This document shows positions 53,402 to 61,414 of a stretch of 64,000 nt of DNA, piece after piece. The translations under genes were made by a program, and so were the position numbers. Source of the DNA: a virus (Duplodnaviria > Heunggongvirae > Uroviricota > Caudoviricetes); IMG/VR virus record IMGVR_UViG_3300037467_000966; one strand, given 5' to 3'. The notes beneath the pieces were generated by a model. The model made no database searches. It was not told where the DNA came from and saw only the letters and a list, made by a program, of their open reading frames with translations. The first letter of the stretch is position 1, and every line of letters begins with the position of its first letter.

Positions 53402-53555
53402 ACCAAAACAACTCCTAATATCTATTTATTTTTGAGAGCATAATGCTCTACTGACAGGATATAATAGACTTACATCCTCTAAGTAAAGCACTATGGTAGG
53501 AGACCGCTAGTATTCAGCGGCCTTTTTATTGTACCATAATGTCAAGACATCGTCA

Positions 53556-53792
53556 TCAATTTCGTGAGAGGATTACTTCGACAAAGTTTATGAACTGCTC
53601 CAGTAAATCCTTGCCGTCCAATGACTCGCCCCACTGTTCCAACTTACATGTAAGATAGCCGCGGGTATAATCATCCCAGCTTTCATCAGTGATAATCACA
53701 TCAACAATATCAAATGCGCTATCATCAGGCTGGAATTGTTCCAACTCATACTGCGCTTTAAGTAGCATCGCTTCGCTTACGTTTAACCCCAT
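53556..53792 (-). CDS. Hypothetical protein
   Basis: GGAGG RBS. Confidence 0.6.
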   Translation of the reverse strand: MGLNVSEAMLLKAQYELEQFQPDDSAFDIVDVIITDESWDDYTRGYLTCKLEQWGESLDGKDLLEQFINFVEVILSRN

Positions 53793-54031
53793 GGTCCTTC
53801 CGCCTCCAATATAAAACTTGCCATGCTTCGATTCGTAACGCCATTCACATCAGCATTGTCACGAACCTCTTTGGCTAATTCATAGTACTCACCAATGAAT
53901 CCCATTGCATCCCCTTTGACCCTGCCAGTGAATTGATGACCCAGCCACTGAGTAATGGTAGCGATGGCTCGCTCTTGCCTCTGTGTGATAGGGTCATTCC
54001 ACCAAGAAGGTCGATTCGTCCAGCGTGCCAT
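53783..54031 (-). CDS. Hypothetical protein
   Basis: GAGG RBS; T..Q..AI..I...L...FTG..K.DA..FI motif. Confidence 0.6.
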   Translation of the reverse strand: MARWTNRPSWWNDPITQRQERAIATITQWLGHQFTGRVKGDAMGFIGEYYELAKEVRDNADVNGVTNRSMASFILEAEGPWG

Positions 54032-54041
54032 CCTCTACCTC

Positions 54042-54230
54042 CTACTCCATCTCTTCTGCCTTGTCTATAATTTCATCATAGTGATTAAGAAGAATTTCAT
54101 CAGCCAACACTGCACAACAATCACAAAAGTATAATTGTTCGCGGCATCTCGGACACCTTGTATGGTCATCAGCATTATCCTTCATATCACTAAGCTCTTT
54201 CCATTCAACAAGCTTTTCTTTCAATGACAT
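54042..54230 (-). CDS. Cys-rich hypothetical protein
   Basis: CPRC...CDCC. Confidence 0.6.
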   Translation of the reverse strand: MSLKEKLVEWKELSDMKDNADDHTRCPRCREQLYFCDCCAVLADEILLNHYDEIIDKAEEME

Positions 54231-54241
54231 CTTACCACCTC

Positions 54242-54433
54242 CTAAAACTTACTATTGAACATTATGTTTACGCCTTTCATAAAGTTCGTCATTAACGGAA
54301 TCTTCTCATGGCTTCCTAGTTCAATCGCATACATGGCGAATAAGAAAAAAGCTATGACTGTAAGACCAGGGAAACTTTTAAACAACCATACTGCGATAAT
54401 GGCTGCTACTACAATTAATAATAATGGCTCCAT
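54242..54433 (-). CDS. Membrane protein
   Basis: Two hydrophobic segments. Confidence 0.6.
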   Translation of the reverse strand: MEPLLLIVVAAIIAVWLFKSFPGLTVIAFFLFAMYAIELGSHEKIPLMTNFMKGVNIMFNSKF

Positions 54434-54446
54434 ATAACACCGCCTT

Positions 54447-54689
54447 TTAATAATCTGTTTCTAATAACTGTTTTGCCTCTTGATTGGATTTATAATCAAC
54501 GGGCATACATTCCGTAGCATTGAACCACCAGTCAAGTTCACCAAGACCGAGAGCTGACATAGACCAATAAGAACCTGAGTCAGATTTTTCTACTGTATTA
54601 AGGGTTACCTTCTCCCCAATCTGGAAGGCATGTCCTGATGTATTCTTTATAATAATAACTTCTTCTCCTACTCTATACGGATAACCCAT
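54447..54689 (-). CDS. SH3/KOW-like hypothetical protein
   Basis: YRVGEEVII...FQIGEKV. Confidence 0.6.
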   Translation of the reverse strand: MGYPYRVGEEVIIIKNTSGHAFQIGEKVTLNTVEKSDSGSYWSMSALGLGELDWWFNATECMPVDYKSNQEAKQLLETDY

Positions 54690-54693
54690 ATTG

Positions 54694-54870
54694 TCACTCC
54701 CCTTTACGTATTTCCTTTAGAGCGCTGTCTTGTTTCTCAGCAGTTAGAGTCATGACTCCTAGGTTTATGAATTTTTTAATCTGAGCATAACCTTTTTCAA
54801 TTGCTTCATCCTCATTCTTAGCCGTCACATTAACACCTATTCTATTTGTACTGACAGTGTACTTCGGCAT
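54694..54870 (-). CDS. 58-aa hypothetical protein (not in ORF track)
   Basis: AAGGA RBS; MPKYTV...VTAKNEDEAIEK. Confidence 0.55.
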   Translation of the reverse strand: MPKYTVSTNRIGVNVTAKNEDEAIEKGYAQIKKFINLGVMTLTAEKQDSALKEIRKGE

Positions 54871-54897
54871 TTAATTCACTTCCTTTTTGAGCATAAT

Positions 54898-54921
54898 AAA
54901 AAAGCCACTCCGAAGAGTGAC
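54898..54921 (-). terminator. Intrinsic terminator after subtilase
   Basis: GTCACTC-TTCG-GAGTGGC then T6. Confidence 0.8.
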
Positions 54922-54931
54922 TCTTTCATGA

Positions 54932-55843
54932 TTAGCGTAAGCCGTCGTTATTGCCTTTTAACAGGCGCATCACGTTGATAAGTCCGTTACCGAACATGTC
55001 GTCGTGGCCTTGGTTACCCATGTCAATAGAACGCTCACTAATCATTTGTACGATTTTATCAGGAGTAGCTTGAAGGCCCAGCTTGCGGCAGTATCCAACA
55101 ACTAGTGCAATAACACCAGACACCATTGGAGTAGCCATAGATGTACCTGAAAGCTTTGCATACTGACCATTCTTGTATGTAGATAAGATGTCAACACCAG
55201 GAGCTGCAACGTCAACCTCTGGTCCGAAGTTAGAGAAGTTCGCACGCCCGAAAGTTTGGTCAACAGCAGCTACAGCGATTACTTCGTCGTAAGCAGCAGG
55301 CCAGCCAGTGTGTGAGTTCTCGTTACCAGAAGCGGCTACAATGATGATACCAGCATCATGAGCACGTTTGAAAGCTGCGTGGAAAGCTTCACCAGGGTCG
55401 GCACCGCAACCTAATGACATAGAAATGACATCAACTCTTTGGCTAATTGCCCAGTCGATACCTTTCACAATTGCATTAAGGTCTCCAGAACCGTTGTCGC
55501 CAAGTACTTTACCAATGTAAAGCTCAGCCTTAGGAGCCACACCAACAACACCAAAGTTGTTATCTACACCAGCAATAATACCAGCGCAGTGTGAACCATG
55601 TCCCTGTCTGTCCATGTAGTCATTCACGTTAGCAGAAGTGAAGTTCTTGCCAGCTTTGATATTGCCCTTAAGGTCAGGGTGATTATAGTCAATCCCTGTA
55701 TCAAGGATAGCTACCTTCACGCCTTCGCCACGAGTCAAAGACCAAACCTGTGGAGCTTGAACCACACTTACACCCCAGTCAATTGCTTGAGCAGGTGCAA
55801 CAGCCTCTACATTTAGAACATCAGAATCAATACGAAATTCCAT
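54932..55843 (-). CDS. Subtilisin-family (S8) serine protease, intracellular type
   Basis: Triad VAILDTG, GHGSHCAG, SGTSMATP; no signal peptide or large prodomain. Confidence 0.95.
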   Translation of the reverse strand: MEFRIDSDVLNVEAVAPAQAIDWGVSVVQAPQVWSLTRGEGVKVAILDTGIDYNHPDLKGNIKAGKNFTSANVNDYMDRQGHGSHCAGIIAGVDNNFGVVGVAPKAELYIGKVLGDNGSGDLNAIVKGIDWAISQRVDVISMSLGCGADPGEAFHAAFKRAHDAGIIIVAASGNENSHTGWPAAYDEVIAVAAVDQTFGRANFSNFGPEVDVAAPGVDILSTYKNGQYAKLSGTSMATPMVSGVIALVVGYCRKLGLQATPDKIVQMISERSIDMGNQGHDDMFGNGLINVMRLLKGNNDGLR

Positions 55844-55926
55844 CAGCGATTCCTCCTATATCATACTAGGGTATAAGAGTAACCACTTCAGGAATTTATG
55901 TCTACTATTTTAATAGAATTATAATC

Positions 55927-56451
55927 TTACCAAGCTGCACTACTTACATTCCGTGCATGAATAGAGAAGGCTGGTTCATCAGGCCATTCTGTTTCTAGTT
56001 CGAAATCAACAGCCGCCGCTTTCATTTCCTCAATTATTTCATTCTCGTTGAACTCACTGTGCCTATTTAAGATAGGAGTAATGTTTCCATTCTTCAGCTT
56101 CTTGTAATACTTTAAAGCTGTCTCATGTACCTCAAGGGCTTCCCACCTCTCTTGGCTAAGATGTTCACGAATCTGAACACCAATCGCACGGTAAGCAGGT
56201 TCATATCCACCATCACGATAGAACTCTTCCTCATTCAAGCGAATCTTTAACTTATTTAGAAATGGATATAGCTCTTTGTTAATATAGCTTCCATTGCTAC
56301 GAGCACGCCTACTGTATAGTTCGACTGTAAAGTAACACATTACATCCATATGCATGTGCCGACGTTCTTCTGGATTGTATCTATACACTCTTCTCATCTC
56401 AGAAAATTTCCATAGCACAGCACCAGCTGGTAGACCACTAACGATTGCCAT
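55927..56451 (-). CDS. Hypothetical protein
   Basis: GAGGAG RBS. Confidence 0.65.
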   Translation of the reverse strand: MAIVSGLPAGAVLWKFSEMRRVYRYNPEERRHMHMDVMCYFTVELYSRRARSNGSYINKELYPFLNKLKIRLNEEEFYRDGGYEPAYRAIGVQIREHLSQERWEALEVHETALKYYKKLKNGNITPILNRHSEFNENEIIEEMKAAAVDFELETEWPDEPAFSIHARNVSSAAW

Positions 56452-56465
56452 GTCTCCTCACCTCC

Positions 56466-56654
56466 TTACCATCCTCTTTCCTTTTCTAATAGATGTTTTA
56501 CTTCCTTATTTTTAAACTCTTGTTTACCCTTAGCTGTGTACGTTCCACTGTACCCATAATAATTATTGGTCGTGTAATAATAACCAGTCGTCGTTGAATT
56601 ACTACTAGTAGATATTGTGAAGTAGCCATTGTTGCTAGGTCTGTAGTAAGCCAT
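56466..56654 (-). CDS. Tyr/Thr/Ser-rich small protein
   Basis: ATG 56654 after GGAGG. Confidence 0.5.
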   Translation of the reverse strand: MAYYRPSNNGYFTISTSSNSTTTGYYYTTNNYYGYSGTYTAKGKQEFKNKEVKHLLEKERGW

Positions 56655-56792
56655 ACTCATTCCTCCAAAGAGAAAGGGATTCTTTTTACAGAACCCCAAA
56701 AAAAATTTTTTACACCCCTAATAGTCTTTCCATTTTTCGCGCCAAAAAATAATAAAAAATTGCTCTATAATGGGACGCAATTTGGGAGCTTG

Positions 56793-57284
56793 TTATTCAT
56801 TTACTTCTTCGGCAGATTCTAGCATCTTATCCCAACGAGAGTTAATTTCGTTAATTTGTTCCTCCGTTAACTCACCATATCCGTCGGGATTCTCACCGTA
56901 ATGTTCCAGTACCAGATTTGCCAGATTGATGATAGCCTCCTCGAAAGTGTCACCGCCACAATCCAATTCCATGTCGTGAACATATCCACTCCAGCCATGG
57001 TCGGGGATGTCTTCCCAGTTGCCGCATTCCAACCATACGTTGGTCAGGGTATTCTTGCTTTCGTCATCATCAATTGCTTTTGTTTCTGGATTCACCTTCA
57101 CTACCATAATGGACAGTGACTCTTCGAAATGTGGCTCTTTCCATTTGCCGTGTTCGAAATAGTGGTGCTCACTCAAGAAGTGGTATGCGTCATGAAAATC
57201 TGTAAACTTATTCATCGTTTCCTCCCCATGGATATTGTTCCCAGTAATTAGGTTCTTCTTCACGATATACATGTTTGCCGACAT
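56793..57284 (-). CDS. Hypothetical protein
   Basis: WLECG...HD..LDCGG.TFEEA motif. Confidence 0.65.
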   Translation of the reverse strand: MSANMYIVKKNLITGNNIHGEETMNKFTDFHDAYHFLSEHHYFEHGKWKEPHFEESLSIMVVKVNPETKAIDDDESKNTLTNVWLECGNWEDIPDHGWSGYVHDMELDCGGDTFEEAIINLANLVLEHYGENPDGYGELTEEQINEINSRWDKMLESAEEVNE

Positions 57285-57702
57285 TTACAACTTCACCATT
57301 GCGCAATTCATATAATGTACTTGAATCCCATTCTTCATACAAGTACTCAATGTATTCGGTGCTACTGCAAATCTGAGGGACAACCTCTGAAAGAAAGGCA
57401 TCAATCTCATTGTTATAATTCTTCAAGCTGCATTGGAACGTCCAGTAGCCTGTTTCCATATCAATGCTTCGCTTAAAGCTGCTAGTTCTAATGTTGTCAT
57501 TATCGTCCCATTCACTCGGCATATAAGACAAGCTTCCGAATGGAATCATACCTGACCTTGGAAGATGGGCAAAGTCTTCGAGGAAAGGGAATTGCTCAAC
57601 GAACGCTTCCCAATACCCCGCAGTCTCTTGGACTTGTTTAATCATCTCTCGGTACTCAGGTTTCACAAAGCCTCTGAATCGAAGACCCGTATACATTCCC
57701 AT
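57208..57702 (-). CDS. Conserved phage hypothetical protein
   Basis: MGMYTGL, CSLKNY..EI..F, YEE motif; ATG 57702. Confidence 0.65.
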   Translation of the reverse strand: MGMYTGLRFRGFVKPEYREMIKQVQETAGYWEAFVEQFPFLEDFAHLPRSGMIPFGSLSYMPSEWDDNDNIRTSSFKRSIDMETGYWTFQCSLKNYNNEIDAFLSEVVPQICSSTEYIEYLYEEWDSSTLYELRNGEVVNVGKHVYREEEPNYWEQYPWGGNDE

Positions 57703-57920
57703 GTTTTTCTCTCCTTCCGTCTTGCTCGCTTCTGTTCCTTGCGCTTTTTCCTCCAAAGAGGCTTACGTGCTTTCGCATTGTAGGCTTTCTTTATGTCTTT
57801 CGTAAAACCTCTTTCGGAGGACATGTCCTTCCAGACAACTTGTTCAGCTAACCAAGGATAGTAAATGGTCTTTTGCTTGAAGCGATACTTCATACATTCT
57901 TTCTTCGGAAGATGTTTCAC
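57663..57920 (-). CDS. Basic hypothetical protein
   Basis: ORF track; weak support. Confidence 0.4.
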   Translation of the reverse strand: MKHLPKKECMKYRFKQKTIYYPWLAEQVVWKDMSSERGFTKDIKKAYNAKARKPLWRKKRKEQKRARRKERKTWECIRVFDSEAL

Positions 57921-58019
57921 TCATAATCCCTTGGGTCAACAGTAATATTTACGCACGTCCTATCGGCGCAGGCTGTCGAATCCCACTAGTGATTATGTTC
58001 GCGTTCCATAGAATCACCC

Positions 58020-58466
58020 CTACTCTGTTAAGTCAGACCAGTTTAAAGATGACGCCGTAATTTTATCAGCAGTCAATGAACCATTGTTAATGTAAGAAGC
58101 TGTAAGGCCGCGGAATGAACCTGACCAATCAAATTTGTTTTCAAAGATTTGCTCATACTCATTGTTTCCATAACTGCCTGCCGCATCAATCTCAACGTTT
58201 GTTTCCACATGAACACCTAGCTTACGAAGAAGCTTGTCATAAGAATGAACATGGTAACCTGGCTTGTGTGGCTCATTCGGACGCTTCACGAATTCTCCAC
58301 CTTCACCTGCTGCTTGAGACCATGCTTTCAAATCATTGCTCCACTTTTCATACTCGACTTTCCAAGCCTCTAATTGAAGCTTGTACTCCTCGATGTGCTT
58401 CTCACGATTTACTGTTAATAAGTCCTTTGCTTGTTGAACATTTACGATTAGTTTCAAACCAACCAC
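58020..58466 (-). CDS. Hypothetical protein
   Basis: AGGAG RBS. Confidence 0.65.
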   Translation of the reverse strand: MVGLKLIVNVQQAKDLLTVNREKHIEEYKLQLEAWKVEYEKWSNDLKAWSQAAGEGGEFVKRPNEPHKPGYHVHSYDKLLRKLGVHVETNVEIDAAGSYGNNEYEQIFENKFDWSGSFRGLTASYINNGSLTADKITASSLNWSDLTE

Positions 58467-58469
58467 TCC

Positions 58470-59555
58470 TTAATGATTAATTAATCTATCGGCAGCCAAC
58501 ACGAAGCTGGCACGACCAAACGTTTTAATGCTTGTATATGGAATACCATTGTTCTTGCAGAATGGAACAGCCCATTGTGTGCCGCCATGTCCTACATGTC
58601 CCAATGTCATAATCAAACAGCTAGAGCGCTTCAAGATACCAGCAAGGGAATCTCTTGCTTCTCTTCCTGTAATGCCAATGAATTCACCGCCGCGTCTTTC
58701 CACTTCATCACGGAAGTCAGACCAGCCTGGCTCATAACCCATACAACAGATAGTCTTACCAACAAATACTTGGTCTACTTCATCCTTACCATCTGTTTTC
58801 TTTTTATAGTATCCTGATGGTTTTGGCGTTTCAATGTTTCTCATTTCAGAGACGGAATGCCGCCATCTCACCTTTGGATTCTCTGGGTTGTTCTCGTAGA
58901 ATGCCAAGTCAATCACGTCATCTTCTTGTAACTTAAATGCGCGTGCATCATCTTCTATAATTGGAAGTACAAGCTTTTCTTGTCCTAGATAGATGCCATC
59001 GCCTCCTGCTGTCTTTGTAACAGCGAAGCCACTTTCAGTAGAAGGATAATATTCAACAATGCCATACTTCACTTCTATGATACCCTGTGGTGCCTTACCT
59101 GGGCCGCGTTCCACTAGCTCATATTCATAATGGTCAGGACCATCTTCTACTTCTTTAAGTAATGTTGCATATACTAGGTCACCATGATACAAATCTAATT
59201 CATTAATTATCTTTTCAGGAACGAAGGCATCAATCTCTGGAATGTATCCGCCACGAATCCTTCTTTCAAACCGATAAGGAATCTTTCCATCGTCAGCATC
59301 AACTGTTTCTGATTCTTCTAATAATTTAGCAAAGTCTTCTTCTTCCTCGAATGGAACTTCAGTGTGTTTAATTTCTTCCTGCACTGGTACAGCCACAGGA
59401 TGAAGCTTTAATAAGTCTCTTGTTGAATAGAGGATAACAAATATCCTAGTGAAATCTTTCTCCATCTCGGCCAAGTTATCGTAGTCTAATTGTTCCACAA
59501 CCTGTCTTAGATGTTCCTTGCTCATACCTAATACTTGCTCTTTCATTCCAACCAC
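58470..59555 (-). CDS. Protein with C-terminal DUF2325-like domain
   Basis: TICCMG....FR..VE.RGG.F, LK.S.C.I......GH.......CK...IPY. Confidence 0.6.
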   Translation of the reverse strand: MVGMKEQVLGMSKEHLRQVVEQLDYDNLAEMEKDFTRIFVILYSTRDLLKLHPVAVPVQEEIKHTEVPFEEEEDFAKLLEESETVDADDGKIPYRFERRIRGGYIPEIDAFVPEKIINELDLYHGDLVYATLLKEVEDGPDHYEYELVERGPGKAPQGIIEVKYGIVEYYPSTESGFAVTKTAGGDGIYLGQEKLVLPIIEDDARAFKLQEDDVIDLAFYENNPENPKVRWRHSVSEMRNIETPKPSGYYKKKTDGKDEVDQVFVGKTICCMGYEPGWSDFRDEVERRGGEFIGITGREARDSLAGILKRSSCLIMTLGHVGHGGTQWAVPFCKNNGIPYTSIKTFGRASFVLAADRLINH

Positions 59556-59563
59556 TCCTAATG

Positions 59564-59767
59564 TTAGTACTTTCTTTTTAGCTTATTTAATTCTTTACAT
59601 TTGTTCTTGTAAGCAATCACTAAATCATTATGGGAATTAACTAAGTTCTCAATGTAATCTAGGACATGATTCTTAATGGACTCATTCTCCATATTGTCTA
59701 TAATTAATCGCTTAATATGTTTCTTTGTGTTGTAGTTGTGATTCTTTTCCTTACCCACAACAGTCAT
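59564..59767 (-). CDS. Hypothetical protein
   Basis: GGAGGT RBS. Confidence 0.55.
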   Translation of the reverse strand: MTVVGKEKNHNYNTKKHIKRLIIDNMENESIKNHVLDYIENLVNSHNDLVIAYKNKCKELNKLKRKY

Positions 59768-59784
59768 GACTACACCTCCTAAAT

Positions 59785-59810
59785 AAAAAAGAGAAGCCCG
59801 AAGGCCTCTC
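59785..59810 (-). terminator. Intrinsic terminator after nrdH, directly upstream of an RBS
   Basis: GAGAGGCC-TTCG-GGCTTCTC then T6, then ATTTAGGAGGT. Confidence 0.8.
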
Positions 59811-59811
59811 C

Positions 59812-60072
59812 TTATTTTACCATATCAACTAGCTCTTGCAACTCGCCGCCGTTGAAGCCGCGTGAATGCTTAACCAATTTACCATCTTCAAGGACAACTG
59901 TTACAGGAACAGTGAATAGTCCTAATTCACCTAGGATTTCACGAGCTTTATCAGAGTTTTCATCTGAACCCATGATGTCCCACTTGTCATACTCTACACC
60001 AGTATCTTGTAGAAATGCTTCTACTTGATTACATGCTGGGCAGTTTGGTTTTTGAATCTTTACCAACTTCAC
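59812..60072 (-). CDS. nrdH: NrdH-like glutaredoxin
   Basis: CPAC, TVPV, GF; in nrd operon. Confidence 0.85.
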   Translation of the reverse strand: MKLVKIQKPNCPACNQVEAFLQDTGVEYDKWDIMGSDENSDKAREILGELGLFTVPVTVVLEDGKLVKHSRGFNGGELQELVDMVK

Positions 60073-60074
60073 GT

Positions 60075-60281
60075 TTATTCCTCCCTTGCGATAGCCGCAT
60101 TAGCCCAGAACATTGCTTCTTCAAGTTTTGTAATGGCAAGCGACTTCTCACGCGAATTAGGACAAAGCTCATCAATTTTATAAGCTGCTGCCTTAAGAGT
60201 CGCACGAATCGTTTCGTACTTCTCAGGCTGCCCTTCTTTCGGCGCATGATAGTTAAAGTTATTTTCATATTGCGGATTCAT
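60075..60281 (-). CDS. Acb2/Tad1-hairpin-like protein (candidate signal-molecule sponge)
   Basis: FNYHAP...CP.SREKSLAITKLEEAMFWANAAIAR; ATG 60281 after GGAG. Confidence 0.65.
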   Translation of the reverse strand: MNPQYENNFNYHAPKEGQPEKYETIRATLKAAAYKIDELCPNSREKSLAITKLEEAMFWANAAIAREE

Positions 60282-60305
60282 CCCAACCAACTCCATTCAA
60301 TTGTA

Positions 60306-61355
60306 TTACCAGCTCTTTACTTCAATAAATGCATCCATAAAATCTTCAACTGCACTCTTGTCTACCTTAACAGGCTGATATGCATTAGGGAAAACAAAGT
60401 CATCATCTGTTAAGTCTTCCACATTCGTTGCCTTTACATAGCCATTGCCCTTAACGCTGAAGAAATCATGATTCTTCGTGTCAGTTTTTAATCCATTCTC
60501 AACGATAGGATTAATAGGCTCATCATCGAAATGAACAGGAATTCCGAGATTCATGCAAGCTTTGTTCGCATTATAACGGATAAACTTGTTTACTTCTTCA
60601 GTAAGACCAACCTGAGCGTAGACATCATTAGTAAAGAGCAATTCATTGTCGTACAGATTAATAAGCAGCTGTTCACGTTCAACAGTAGCGCGGGCTTGTT
60701 CTTCTGCTGTTAACTGAGCAAAAGTCTCTTGAGCTAGTAAACCCACAAAAACCCCGTGAATTGACTCGTCACGAATTATTAGATTAATAATCTCGCCTGA
60801 TGCTGTTAACTTTCCTTGTCCAGCTAAGAACAATGGATAGAAGAATCCAGAATAGAACAAGAACGTTTCAAGGTAAACAGAAGCAACCATTGCCATGTAC
60901 AAGTCATACTTGCTAACTTGCGGCTGGAATAATCTCATATAATAATCAGAGATAGTCTGTCCTTTGTATTGAAGGTTTTCATGCGACTGAATCCAATCAA
61001 ATACTTCATCAATCTCTTCGTCAGTTGCTAGAGTTGTAAAGATAGTAGAATAAGATTTTGCATGAATCTGTTCCATCATACCCATGAAAGATAATACACC
61101 TTTACGCTGTAATCCTTCAACGTGCATCATGATTAACGGCATCCCCTCGCCGCCTTGTTCTGTATCCAGCATTGTTAAGCCGCCTAATGCTTTCTTATAA
61201 ACATCTTTTTCGGCAGGCGTCATTGTTTCCCATACGCCTTTGTCTGCTGTTACAGAGATTTCCTCTGGTAACCAGAACTGCTTTGTATTCTGCGTATAAA
61301 ACATTTGTGTATAATCGTCCTCATGACGATTCCAGTTAACCGCTGCTTTAGCCAT
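60306..61355 (-). CDS. nrdF: Class Ib ribonucleotide reductase beta subunit
   Basis: LDT.Q, MEQIHAKSYS (E, H, radical Y), LET.LFYSGF, RDESIHG. Confidence 0.97.
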   Translation of the reverse strand: MAKAAVNWNRHEDDYTQMFYTQNTKQFWLPEEISVTADKGVWETMTPAEKDVYKKALGGLTMLDTEQGGEGMPLIMMHVEGLQRKGVLSFMGMMEQIHAKSYSTIFTTLATDEEIDEVFDWIQSHENLQYKGQTISDYYMRLFQPQVSKYDLYMAMVASVYLETFLFYSGFFYPLFLAGQGKLTASGEIINLIIRDESIHGVFVGLLAQETFAQLTAEEQARATVEREQLLINLYDNELLFTNDVYAQVGLTEEVNKFIRYNANKACMNLGIPVHFDDEPINPIVENGLKTDTKNHDFFSVKGNGYVKATNVEDLTDDDFVFPNAYQPVKVDKSAVEDFMDAFIEVKSW

Positions 61356-61386
61356 ATTCTCTTTTTCCCCCAGTATATTAGCAAGT

Positions 61387-61405
61387 AAAGAGGGCCGAAG
61401 CCCCC
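61387..61405 (-). terminator. UUCG hairpin between nrdE and nrdF
   Basis: GGGGGC-TTCG-GCCCTC-TTT. Confidence 0.5.
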
Positions 61406-61414
61406 ATATCTAAT

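Noticed and set aside
57920-58020. tmRNA-like 5' motif (GGGGTGATTCT...GGATTCGACAG on - strand)
   Set aside because: No matching 3' acceptor strand/T arm/CCA, no tag ORF, and only ~100 nt of non-coding space; likely chance.
60306-61355. Metal-free class Ie NrdF
   Set aside because: All canonical carboxylate/His ligands (D, E-x-x-H, E, E-x-x-H) and the radical Tyr are present, so it is class Ib.
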